A stretch of DNA of 64,000 nt. Source: Monocercomonoides exilis PA203. Its lineage: Eukaryota; Protista; Preaxostyla. The notes under the pieces are model-generated. The model worked only from the letters and a program-made list of their open reading frames with translations, had not been told where the DNA came from and did not search any database. The DNA lies in contig LSRY02000033.1 in assembly GCA_001643675.2 (NCBI GenBank), positions 372,001 to 436,000 on the forward strand, given 5' to 3'. Both the position numbers and the translations under genes were made by a program. Within the stretch, counting starts at the first letter, position 1. Every line of letters starts with the position of its first letter. Of the stretch, positions 15,001-21,272 are shown piece after piece.

Positions 15001-17020
15001 TTGCAGTAAGTGCTGTAAAGCTTGATTCAGTAATTGCTACTGCTCCGTATTTGGAGCCATCCTCTTTCTTCAAATATACTGCCCCAAAAATGGTTGAAAT
15101 TGTATCAAACTTACATTTAGTAATAGAAAGTTCAATTTCTTTTGTCGATTGAATATGAATCATGCCTGATTCACTTGCAGTGATAGATTCGAAGACAGAA
15201 TTTTGAATCTCAATTTTTGTAATTTCATTTGAAAATGCATTCTTAGCATTTGGTTCATCAATCAATTTGAACACTGAAGGAGCTTTAATATTCTTCACAT
15301 TAATGTCAAGTAGTTGATTGAAATTAATAGAAGAATATAAAAGGAAAGGAGATGCTCCAAATGTTAATAATTTCTCTTCTCCAAATGTACATTGAGAAAT
15401 TATAACAGTTCCCTTTGCGGCTTTTAATATTGGAACTGCTGTTATTGCATTATCAGCTGTTAAAATACATTCTTGTAAAGTTACTTTTGCATTAACATTA
15501 CCTGATTCTGTTATTCCACATCCTATCAACACTTCAGGCGATCCTGATGCGCTTTTGGATAACTTAATTTTTAATTTTTGAAACGCAACTTCCTTTGTAA
15601 TAACTGCAACCACTGCAGCGCTATTGTCCGTAATTCCTTTAATTCCATCAGCAAAAATCAAGATAGATTTTTCATTTGTTGTTGAAGTTCCAACAAATGT
15701 AATTGAGTTTTTGGATAAATCAGGGTCATCATTGCTAGCTGGATCTGCATCTTTTAATTCCATGCCTATCATATTTGCAGAAGTCAAAATTTTTACCATT
15801 CTAACTTGTGTTTGGTCAATAAAATGACTATCAAAAGCCTTTCCAAGAACTGAGCATGGATAATTCATCAAACCACAATGTTGAACTGTTTCCGGATTTA
15901 ATCCATTTGATGAAATATACAATTCAGGAAGCTTTGTTTTATGGAACACATAATACAAGTCTATGTCGTATTGATACGTAGCTCCTCCACATACAAAGAA
16001 TTGTCCATCAGCTTGTGAATCTTCCGTAATAAACTTTTGAAGATTTGTCTTTAAAGCGTTATCCGTAACATCATTCACTTTAAAATAAAAATTTTTTCCA
16101 ACTTGTGCAACATTTGCATCAAAGATATTTTTTTCTTTGTCAATTTTTATGTCGTTGCTGCTGATAGTAGAAAGAAATATGGCTCCTCCTTTCCCTTGGC
16201 ACGAGCATCTAGCAAAATTATTTGCATTGTCTCCATCAAAATAAACTTTTGTTGAAACATGATCACCATTAATTGCAATTGCACCTCCTTCGATTGAACT
16301 TGAAGTAATATCTTCGAAAGTTGATCCTTTAACATTAACTTGTATTCCTCCGTGAACGTTAATAGAAATTGCTGCCTTATTCTCTTCGATTGTAATTTTT
16401 TTAAATGAACAATCTTCAAATGTAATTTCTCCGATCAATCCAGTAAAACTTAATGGAGCTAATTTCAAAGTTTTTGAATTTACCGGTTCGATGGACATGG
16501 TTTTCGCAGTAAAAGATTTTCCCGAATGCTCTATAAAACGAAATGCATCCAAATTATCAGCAATATCAAATTCACTATTTTCCAGTGTCATAGAACTTCC
16601 AGCAAATGAAACAAGGCTTGCTGGCTTAAATCCACAAACATCATTAAATTGTGAAGGAACTGTGATCTTAATGTTGATAATCTTCAAAGCAGTTTGAGTA
16701 GTTACTGTGATTATTCCATTTTCCAATTTATCAACAGACAAATCAGCAGGAAATTTTAAATTTGCTTTTTGGTCTGTTGAAGATGTTATAGTAATTGTTC
16801 CAAAATTCCAAATGATATTGCTTTCTGCATTTGCCGATTCGTCAATCTTTAAAGATACTTCTCCTGTTGTTTTAAGCAGACCAACGGCTTTGGTCATGCT
16901 TTCACAAGGACTATTTTGAGTACACTGACCATCGTTTGCACCATCTTTAATATACGCTTCTACGCTATCTCCAGCAAATAAATAGTTGAAAAAAAGTGTC
17001 AATATGAACGCAACTGACAT
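2..17020 (-). CDS. Giant secreted/surface protein (>5,670 aa, 3' end beyond window) made of repeated pectin-lyase-like/Pmp-like right-handed beta-helix modules
   Basis: ATG at 17020 begins MSVAFILTLFFNYLFAGDSVEAYIKDGANDGQCTQNSPCESM (signal-peptide-like). The same frame still reads open at the window start (..DVTCCNGQEAAFICSHNENA) and in the internal segments I translated. Recurrent GGAI/GGAF/FxxC motifs and CGxxxxPC caps. Absence from the ORF track fits there being no stop inside the window. Confidence 0.9.
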   Translation of the reverse strand, partial: MSVAFILTLFFNYLFAGDSVEAYIKDGANDGQCTQNSPCESMTKAVGLLKTTGEVSLKIDESANAESNIIWNFGTITITSSTDQKANLKFPADLSVDKLENGIITVTTQTALKIINIKITVPSQFNDVCGFKPASLVSFAGSSMTLENSEFDIADNLDAFRFIEHSGKSFTAKTMSIEPVNSKTLKLAPLSFTGLIGEITFEDCSFKKITIEENKAAISINVHGGIQVNVKGSTFEDITSSSIEGGAIAINGDHVSTKVYFDGDNANNFARCSCQGKGGAIFLSTISSNDIKIDKEKNIFDANVAQVGKNFYFKVNDVTDNALKTNLQKFITEDSQADGQFFVCGGATYQYDIDLYYVFHKTKLPELYISSNGLNPETVQHCGLMNYPCSVLGKAFDSHFIDQTQVRMVKILTSANMIGMELKDADPASNDDPDLSKNSITFVGTSTTNEKSILIFADGIKGITDNSAAVVAVITKEVAFQKLKIKLSKSASGSPEVLIGCGITESGNVNAKVTLQECILTADNAITAVPILKAAKGTVIISQCTFGEEKLLTFGASPFLLYSSINFNQLLDINVKNIKAPSVFKLIDEPNAKNAFSNEITKIEIQNSVFESITASESGMIHIQSTKEIELSITKCKFDTISTIFGAVYLKKEDGSKYGAVAITESSFTALTATNEGGAIHFDATSSFTMNNVIFEKCGASYGGAIYYTIVDALTDTQPFKKVLFVDNFVADHTDKTKQGFDVCCMDTAKNLQGNPFDAESVTNAQKNWFYHQDKHEEWPKYGPLVREVDLDNEHGKDDDNCGFTETTRCKTIKIAMEKSFKFRPTVVSLLIGTYTHDDKTLSPAQGVSQTIRGASKSSIIQVILEEDSKSLFAIGDGCKFGLEKLTLMHMSTDKNNEKVSLMTVTNQEAIISLYDVAVKADNAHKNTGMLFNAALFSISDGSVTFDSVSVDKFYLRGFPVIQISDCKEIKFIKSSFSYCERDCSDGASVIEAKLVQLNSAITIDGCSFKNNTAKISSKGGAVYISADASSKVSILGKTTFTNCSCEKGRGGAIYMDLSSASTLKMEDTITFTTNKAALGSDMWIHANDLRPLITADKVPKVIGSVAAKLRMGDDTYTGDNGIDLSFFYTAFTKSNNVAVSSSDQGNDGYDYCGGNVYPCKTLSFIMNNRHNKNGEQIFTVINGANMESALTWSLAYKFTSVAGSRSVLSFPASLNVYEKDGEVMLIRNKITFDTISINIPNAFSSTCKPGMLLKGDTSANVVFNDVYISGGGLDMPFKFGVFSKGSVSFTLFKMNYQDGIQNNAISFDESPFIFEENAKITTMKDIKLDSISIKKGSLFELNGNSFTCNNLEAKSVTGTTAAVFYDKKGASTVSLSDCKFDECKSNGENAKGGAIGFEKSLTSLTIQNSEFTTCTTSKSGGAIYVSGITTTFNFNNIKFTTCKADENGGAVFVSEIPATSRFTDVTFSKCNAAKGGALYMTNINNDLTVVATMVFLSNEGATGVDVYIQKPAAIQQKWFASSWTTTKENSLIINENGNDNSFNWISYRRSTYKVNGMDGKDDPDKDGCKLEDETKDCKTIGRGVSILANNVKAVIQVVYMTKDGDKERYYEEKKPINDRIGGFILRPFEGPNKIKVRTNFVDKQTALFVISCAGGVTIENFDFTHYSSNRQNRDISLFDISGNGELNLVACDIHTEGQDHTPIKSFTTQVFSVTGGTLTLSDSKVSGFHLNGSPLIAGSRTTATTYNFRNTEFSNIHLRCSVSGEASVISIGSDSKVGNVQLNIDGCTFDECVSQESVKGGAICFISTSETHLLKITNTNNFHACEAQGVNSLGGAVYVEINKTSPNTELTGTFGTNANSASDGKTLFVKAPDLKTFVTEKMFTPAHLSNEMHQMVGLDTPYFKKYPVDLYSLFTEFTDTDIYVTTVNIGTTDPVDAIYCGPKTYPCKTFSHVIEKHLQVGQVTNVHIEQLKNHSLEKVLTISGRISFDPIDSKSSATIIINPLDVTSDDAAIVTIDAGSLKFDMIDFVFPKTITKKVCMYEPTSVFRIQENGHLTIQNSKFNFSSGSIMSMSLVKEINGNLDLDGVILNVSTTYSVPPFDLGGVSNIKNCKFLRGTFKLMEEGLIALRHDDDAKTGPMSAKCVIEDCTFSGMTSIGGTDKVPKGTAIYVEEKVNGLNIKTSTFANLNCTSESASKDGLGGAIYSKLCSSLSIEDCTFSQCTAGSNGGSIYMETTNNVDCLSIDRCVFESNIAKLGGGIYMLAKDASMLQKKVKSVFNKNVGSVHGDDVYLEDQGTSIGDENDKSPFIESISSNNEEKRLYYKNGANEGNKKMYIGNDVRNRLADPTQNGEGAECGLSGKTACKSIFVGVDVSLSWTPCTVTLAAQEFHNEDKTIIIGGKLITIEGKGATDTGSRIKTSFTTKNTYLFQINAGSLTTRGSIIYHDWEKAELLECGLFNVAAGELNVENCVITPTKGQPLSDKFKNTLFTVSAKLTMKDTTIEQFKMEHSSIITLQQTGASVALTSCAFMKISCCGGDQGSVISCRGTNGATYAVEINKCTFNESSSPDSKIGGVITYFGHSDASVFKIDRSTKFVRCGCDEDLGKGGAIYLQLSNWNNVNIQASSYSYTSAKYGSDIFIKSNDLRKVIIPSVIGSDVVPSTKNGTKMGEDDYTGDTPVDLYYYYSSFLKKEQVHISVADRGNDNYEYCGDVTYPCSSMKFIMNNRFAGAGEKVFLIINRADVETQLSWKYVEGVKFTRYSVEEATLEFKSDLRAAIKDNEAILNNGKMTFESIKLTFPDKFDDVCALARGSLITSDGASASLTLRDINMNHGSTGSEIGFVLLNIKSGSVLLDNVNVERTGIEGQLKFLTSPIIMKKAVKSHVFNNLIFSNIFVKETCLMGIDEMQFTITNSKFTSISSKDDSSVFSLTGTPSVYTISGCTFTGCVGQAKEGRGGAIGVKGAGGLTISKCEFSGCSVTGEDHNEEDKEESYGGAICVVQLTTTLSITDSTFTSCDALHKGGAIYLEKVPTGTKIENTVINVINHVGVTDLKGWGLYWVYANKVNTLLVTFKGLEDDQHYVHLFDNTKSLVESPFKDCYSDHKTGNVKLEVEGKEPEQKEHWMKYMRSIYNVDSKVENDDSCKAADAADAEACRHIHTAIDLIVGKVGTVTCKTGTYDEELTSFAYQDKSVSILGETKAENCILKTMYEKKSDEAFFHVSANMMFGISLFTITHNSSKEGNRETSLFTVDNLAKLTLTNIILDTEDVHQSSKSFTVSMFNVHGGDIELTSVSIRNFNLKYNPLISGNREGALALKLKNVNINNVNLRCSVQGDASIMSVISTDAQPVDLTVDSCTFTECTAQESAKGGAVSFISSSALSKLTLTNTISSSNCKAEGQNSRGGAFYIDVSVMPKLNVVGLKLTCNGNQASQGKTLFVKGIDLRNNIQKVFKEQIFSHNLNEMVGLDEKGVFTTVPVDLYSLYDHYSESNVYIYDKTVDQSIPNDDIYCGPQAYPCQSFSYGMEHLSGTGTIHLGKAHSFNVNSPYVFNNVITINSVDNDIKTSLSLIAKKTVENDEAGFFTVHSQLTVNYVTVKVPNSFTDVVCRFEPAAVFTVDNVNGILIMNHVQFSGDTIPIRLIKETKGDVQLTNVELQQVTCTLTPFVFFSKVKMTSCNYISVTVKDDQGLMLLKNDKDDQTINANVAISNCLFEKCICSGSSKENGKGAALCTEELVGALTISDCTFKSCSVNGSATNAADACGGALYLNKVAALKIIGSTFQECSSKMHAGAIYIIASSKADIVQCKFIKNSASNGGAFYFKSDSCATYAKNIKSIFESNTATNHGIDVYMKDEASVNSDVDSPFYDSLTNSVQENRVFYENGQVQAVKKTFISDDIRKRNANEASTYEGDDCGLAANKDCKTIKLAVDKSLEWCECTVNLVSNAFLNEHETIDIGAKQIMMQASSKNVVLHTIKNHENEHLSLLKVNKGQLTAKSFIIQHDTTEESNRKTKPFDLQDGTMIFDSITFQPDDKHSHKTKLEVSLFEVTKGHLNLISCTVKSFLSTSTPLFRLVGATAADERVINLEGTTFSSISRCGGDGGCIVDSQTIGNNKYSLTLKGCTFSEISSPGSSKGGVVTFTSGSAAQKFHIYGTTFTKCSCSENGKGGAFYISLGSSEFSIDAASRFTENKAKIGYDFFIECNDLRRVIVNEIVPKTLVPEPVTNAKVGIDKYTGEKPNELSYYYTTFKKQASVHVSVADKGRDGLTYCGDSLYPCETLKYIISDKFDMVGEQTFLIVTNVKVQNGIDWKFTEGVKFASSNGRASTRSLITFEGSLKGALGDDAAIMNRAKMTFDYVRIDYPNSFTDVCSLATGALISTDGATSSMIMKDVQFIHPGTDEITFAILNAKGGLLSIDSLEVVPTATSIAKFTYSPIKIHKEVNPQLLKSITCSFVTIVEESLFNLGERSYNFQSCSFNSITSTKKSSVFSISGANMEISIFDCKFSGCANTEKKGKGGAIYCEKTAKSLVINGGQFIGCGLGGEESIGGGALYLEGVTSKFELVNVQFSGSDISVGKRTDGVEGTRGGAMYWEQIPDGCTISSVTISQCKAHKGSGIYWEMTKPHNGDINIVFDNNKDPSENGKDVYLLDKLANKLTASPFLQSWTTVEDGYVYHEYKEEHVQEPHWIKKYRKSFIVDPKDGHDIGEEKCVTDNSEFRCKTIHKALTIIPTKVGIVECKKGSYIEEVTPFTFNDNTISIQGNGPKTDDNSTLYTVFETVQQSAFFAVSGTGKLTLSQFYLEHDSTKAANRETALFEVSNNGEITLQKMTISSDDEHVKVKGFTKSLFSVKGGSLSLDGIEIKGFNLYGVPLMEVNSASSRTISLKDSEFNNIQTDCNVNGESSIMTCVSTEEAPIFLTINKCTFTNCKSPQSNKGGAISYISQSTNGMLKLSGDLSFAGCDCSSSDGYGAGLYLDLSVMPSGGLTKDVTLKGTGKAKHGTCLFLKVSSLLDYVTEDVFGAGYFSKTHNVMVGLDSGNIFNVVPIDLYSLIENYVDDDIYVMSTNPRDDIWCGPEYYPCLTLPYAMTHGTANTVIHIESGKSFTLEQAYVFTKGLKIVSTKTDTPATIKCQQQANVGEDDGGYLTVSGSSLTIENIIIESPIKFSKGLCFDQAVAVFRINANGNLRLNKVKFSFESNTNIEIMAIIQSKGSSLTMTDCVVGGQTSSTFLQSVIEIGGTATLSKCEFTNIECKSNRGVLNLVREEDDINKPVCKIEQCKFTTCKCSSSLTGDDVEKKAAHGGAISVDSFYNTLDIIGGEFTHCEVTGTKAKGGAIYCHCRTRFSMTSVTVDSCSSSDEAGAVYIIPPTPTDSSLSIQLCKFKSNKASQKGGAFYMLAENAENDKSKIRSFFEGNTAPKGMDAYIEDTQADLPEDGESSPFYPSLTSTNDNNRVKYYGSSKEEHDRPKYIGMKDKVRNADQSKENEDDNCGLKNEVPCKSIKVAVEKSIDWTQGTVLLLSPVFDKEKETIEVKKQIVIEGKGTANTAIHTIFENEKSVMFSVLQNGEMSIKKATILHNSQEEKCRKSTLVNVNGGTCMIEDCMILPDDKHSKLSKFETSIFTVNGILVIQKSTIKSFITQGVPLISLNGINQQASIYESIVQDVTCCNGQEAAFICSHNENA
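520..15900 (-). repeat. Diverged higher-order internal repeat, period about 4.67 kb (about 1,555 aa), each unit made of four roughly 390-aa modules
   Basis: YCGDSLYPC ~4210, YCGDVTYPC ~8880, YCGGNVYPC ~13550; IWCGPEYYPC ~1810, IYCGPQAYPC ~6490, IYCGPKTYPC ~11185, HCGLMNYPC ~15860; CGLKNEVPCKSI ~560, CGLAANKDCKTI ~5275, CGLSGKTACKSI ~9935, CGFTETTRCKTI ~14595. Confidence 0.85.
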
Positions 17021-17777
17021 GGGTATTGGTTAACTTTCTCAACTAAATAAAATAACCTTAATACAATACAAACACTTAAATAAATATGGGAACAGAAATT
17101 ATCATTTTTTGTTCATCTTTCAATTAAAATATTAAAAAAACACATATTATTGAAGTTTTTTCATTCTATTTACTCATTTGGATATATTCATATTTATTTT
17201 CAAGAAATCGAAATATTGATTTTCTTCAAAATTCTCAAAGCAATCGTTAAAAAATGTTTATTGCAAATTAAAAGTTTGTGAACCATGAAATAATACAATG
17301 ATGTGTTTATTGCATAAGTTGAAGAAACAAGTTAATGGTTGTGTTTTCTGTGCAGCGCAAAATCGTTTTCAAAATCATCAGAAACACCAAAATTTTCTTA
17401 AAATGAGAATTTTCACATTCAAAAAGAAAATAACTTTTGTTTTCATTAAAATTTAAACTTTTTGATATTGAAAATTTTTTCAGTAAAATATAAAATTTTT
17501 CAAAAATTGAAAACGCTCACAAGAAAATAATTTTAATTAAACATTGCTTCCTATTCAAAAGTGAAAAAATGATTTACACAAAATTTCAAGGGAGAGTGAA
17601 CAAAATTTTGTTCGGTTTTGATCAATTATTATTTAGAATGCAAAAATTATTGTTTCGTTTGAAAAAATTATTAATTCGTTCTCAAATTTTTTATTTAGAG
17701 AACAAATTTAAATTTTGTGAATATATAGGGTGGTCATTCAAAATTTGCGCAAATAATTAAAAATTGGAAAATAAAAA

Positions 17778-19450
17778 ATGAATTATCAAATAATTTTCGA
17801 TGTCGCAAAGTTTTGCACTTTGATCGGGAAGAATTCTTAACATATTAATGAAAAACTACAAATTGCATATGGTGAAAAATATCCGGATATCAGAGCGATT
17901 CATTCATGAAACATTAGAACTCAAAGGCTAGAAGGAATTGACATGAGGCACCATAATCACGGCATGCCATCTAATGAAGTGTCAGAAAAGAAAATTCAAC
18001 AAGCAGTGGAAGACAATCCTCCCATTTGCTCCAGAGCATTGGTGTGGCAGTTAAGGGTTGGAAAACAACAATTGTGAGGATTCTTCATGAGAAATGGGAT
18101 TTCCATTCTCACAAAATTAGGTTATGCTATGTTCCCTGAATGAGGATCAGAAAAATTTTTGTGTTCAAATTTGCATGCAATTCCTTGATAAATTGAAAGA
18201 CAAACAGAAAATGAATTTTGAATGGCTGATTTTCGGAGATGAGTCCTTTTTCAACAAAAAATGTATTTTCAAATGCAAATGGAGAAAAGGAAAGCTGAAG
18301 CGTCAATCTCCGCAAAGAACGCTTATTAAGAAAAGAAATCCACGTTCACAATTTTCATTTCTGTCCATGGGTTGTTTTTTCTTTATATTCTTCCAGAAAA
18401 ACCAAAAATGAATGCAGAATATTTCGTAAATTCGATTATAACGATTATTTATCAAATTAAAAATTGGACTTTCTTCCGTTTCTTCTGTGGATTATTTTGT
18501 TCATTTTGAAAATGCACGTCCGCACACACGGACAATGTCTAAAATCATTGCTGAGGAGAATCATTTGAATATTCTTCCGCATCCTTCTTATTCTCCTGAT
18601 GTTGCGCCATGTGATTTTTTCCTCTTCAGCTACATAAAGCAGGCTCTGAAAGGGAAAATTTTTTCTTATTCTGAAGAATTACACCAAAAATTATTCAAAA
18701 TCGAAAAATTTTAAAACGAAATTTTAAAACTTTCAATCAAAATCGAATTTTTAATATTAAAAAACATATGTTTGCTATAGTTAATTCAACTGAAAAAAAA
18801 CACAGTAATTTTGTTTATGTGAATATCATCGGCAATGTTTGTTTTGTTTTTTCTGCAAATATAGAAGATCTCAAACCAAAATAAACTCAAAAATAAACTC
18901 CTCACAAAACTGTAGAAATTTGCTTCATTAAAAAAGAAATAGGTATTTTACCATTGAAAAAAAAATAATAAAAGAGCCAACACCGTTCTCATCATTCTTT
19001 TCAAAATTGGTTATAAAAACTATATTTTTCTTTGGGAAATTTTATGAGAAAAAGCGTGCTTTCAATTGAGATAAGTTTTAATTTTATCATTATTCTTCTC
19101 CAATTTGAATTACACAATTGTTCAAAAAGAAGCATAAGAAAATATTGAAAAAGCGATGAAAAATTATTGCAACAACAAGTTTTGTTTATATTTCTGCAAA
19201 AAACATTTTTTTTGACTTTCATTGATTTTTTTTCAATTTTTCGAAAATCAGAAAAATTTCGAACTTTCGACTTTGTTTGAAAGTTTATCGATTTCGATTG
19301 AAAGTTTTTCTATTTTGAATTATTTTTGATGAATAAATAGAAATAAGAAATATTTTTCATTTAAAATCTTCAGACATGATTATTCGTGCCTTTGAAAGTT
19401 GGATAAAGCGATTGGAATTATAGAAAACTCATAATGGTGAATATTCTTAA
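17778..19450 (+). pseudogene. Mariner-family (DD34D-type) transposase pseudogene, interrupted by an insertion at 18682-19331
   Basis: N-terminal HTH-like segment (HINEKLQIAYGEK), LIFGDESFF, HFENARPH, then 34 residues to the D of YSPDVAPCDFFLF. The C-terminal RAFESWIKRLEL*KTHNGEYS* lies after the insertion. Several stops and frameshifts; second catalytic D is E. Probable left end TA-GGGTGGTC at 17726. Confidence 0.9.
18682..19331. mobile_element. 650-bp non-autonomous TIR element with CAC-type terminus and 5-bp target duplication, inserted in the mariner
   Basis: Left CACCAAAAATTATTCAAAATCGAAAAA versus right TTTTTCTATTTTGAATTATTTTTGATG (imperfect inverted repeat). Inner inverted pair AAAACTTTCAATCAAAATCGA / TCGATTTCGATTGAAAGTTTT. 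Flanks AATTA and AATAA. Removal restores the transposase frame. Confidence 0.75.
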
Positions 19451-19520
19451 AATTGATTTTATTCACAATTATTTTTTTAACTAGATCAAATTTTTTTATA
19501 AATAATATTTAGGACCATAT

Positions 19521-20534
19521 TAGGGTCAGCTTTTTAATGGGACTTTTTCCTTAATTGGCACTTTTTTTGTTTTCGCATGCAAAATGTCGAGAAATGAGAA
19601 GTAGTTTTCAGCATTTTAAAAATCCTTTTTAACAAGTTTTATTCTATTTATTTGCAGTTTGTTTTTATATTTAAACTTATTACACATAGAGAAATTTCGT
19701 TTTTTTGTTAAATTTAAAAGGACTTTTTCTAGCTAACTGGGAATCGCTCAAGAAATTGGGGACATGTTTTATATTGCATTTGCTTCGAACTATTAATCTT
19801 TAAAATCTTTTTTTTTCACAAACACTTTTTTCTTGATTTTTTCGCATTTCAAATTTTCATCAGCATGCTAACGTAAAACTGTTTATTTCTTTATTAATAT
19901 AATGAAATGAAAAAAATAAAAATATGATATGAAAAACATATTCTTTAATAATGAAGTGTTGTAAAAACAAAACATTACTTTTTTCTATTTGTCAAGAGCT
20001 TCACTTTGTTACAAAAACTTGATCATTGCACATTTTAAGTATGCGCAATTTGTCCGCTAAAGATAAATAGAAAAAAGTAATGTTTTGTTTTTACAACACT
20101 TCATTATTAAAGAATATGTTTTTCATATCATATTTTTATTTTTTTCATTTCATTATATTAATAAAGAAATAAACAGTTTTACGTTAGCATGCTGATGAAA
20201 ATTTGAAATGCGAAAAAATCAAGAAAAAAGTGTTTGTGAAAAAAAAAGATTTTAAAGATTAATAGTTCGAAGCAAATGCAATATAAAACATGTCCCCAAT
20301 TTCTTGAGCGATTCCCAGTTAGCTAGAAAAAGTCCTTTTAAATTTAACAAAAAAACGAAATTTCTCTATGTGTAATAAGTTTAAATATAAAAACAAACTG
20401 CAAATAAATAGAATAAAACTTGTTAAAAAGGATTTTTAAAATGCTGAAAACTACTTCTCATTTCTCGACATTTTGCATGCGAAAACAAAAAAAGTGCCAA
20501 TTAAGGAAAAAGTCCCATTAAAAATCTGACCCTA
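19521..20534. mobile_element. 1,014-bp foldback element: two 470-bp inverted arms, 74-bp spacer, TA at both ends
   Basis: Arm 19521-19990 (TAGGGTCAGCTTTTTAATGGGACT...ACTTTTTTCTATTT) is the reverse complement of 20065-20534 (AAATAGAAAAAAGT...AGTCCCATTAAAAATCTGACCCTA). One mismatch seen near the tip. No ORF. Confidence 0.93.
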
Positions 20535-20555
20535 TAGATTACACAAAATACCGTT

Positions 20556-20690
20556 CACTGAACAAAAAACCGGACAAGATCGATTTCTCAATAACTGCAA
20601 AAGGAATTATTCTGACAATTTTCATTAAAATGCGCCTCATCAATGCAAACTTATTTGATATGCATGACTTTCAAAGAAACTTCATTTGCG
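20556..20690 (+). repeat. Copy of a dispersed repeat also found at ~59612 (+) and ~60225 (-)
   Basis: AAAAAACCGGACAAGATCGATTTCTCAATAACTGCAAAAGGAATTATTCTGA matches AAAAAACAAGATAAGATCGTTTTCTCAATAACTGCAAGATGAATAATTCTGA (~59616) and the reverse complement of ~60168-60222. Confidence 0.75.
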
Positions 20691-21272
20691 TTCATAGAAA
20701 ATAATTATCGAAATGCAGGAGATTCTCAAAATCCAATTTCTCAGGGACATTAATAATTATTGATTCAGAGCACATATAAAGCTGTTTTGAAAGTCTCGTA
20801 TAGGCATTTGCGACAAGGAAGAATAAAGCGATGCAAGTCGGTTGAATGACAAAACCAATGTCGAGTGTTTTGTTTTTTATTTTTAACCTTTTTATTTATT
20901 TTTTATTTTTTTGCATGATCGAACAATTAAATTTGACTTTTTCGAAAATCAATAATTTATAAGACGACATTCAAGACAACAATGACCCAAAAATGCAAAA
21001 ATTCGAGAGTAAAACTAGTTTTTAAACAATGGAAGATGAAACGAAAACACTCAATTGTAGCAATCAAACCAAAAGAAAAAAAGTGATTTTAATCCAAAAA
21101 CAATTGTCAGATCATTTAAAATATTTTATTTCACTTCAAACAATTAAAAAAAATCAAGTAAAGAAAATTGAAGCTATGCTGTTTGTTTTCATTTTATTCA
21201 ATCTGTTCATATATTTCTGTATCTTTAAATAATCTTTATTGAACGCTGCAAGTTGTCTGTAGCGAGGTTACT

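Noticed and set aside
339-16919. Many short ORFs (60-120 aa) on both strands
   Set aside because: Antisense or off-frame shadows of the giant minus-strand CDS; no independent motifs.
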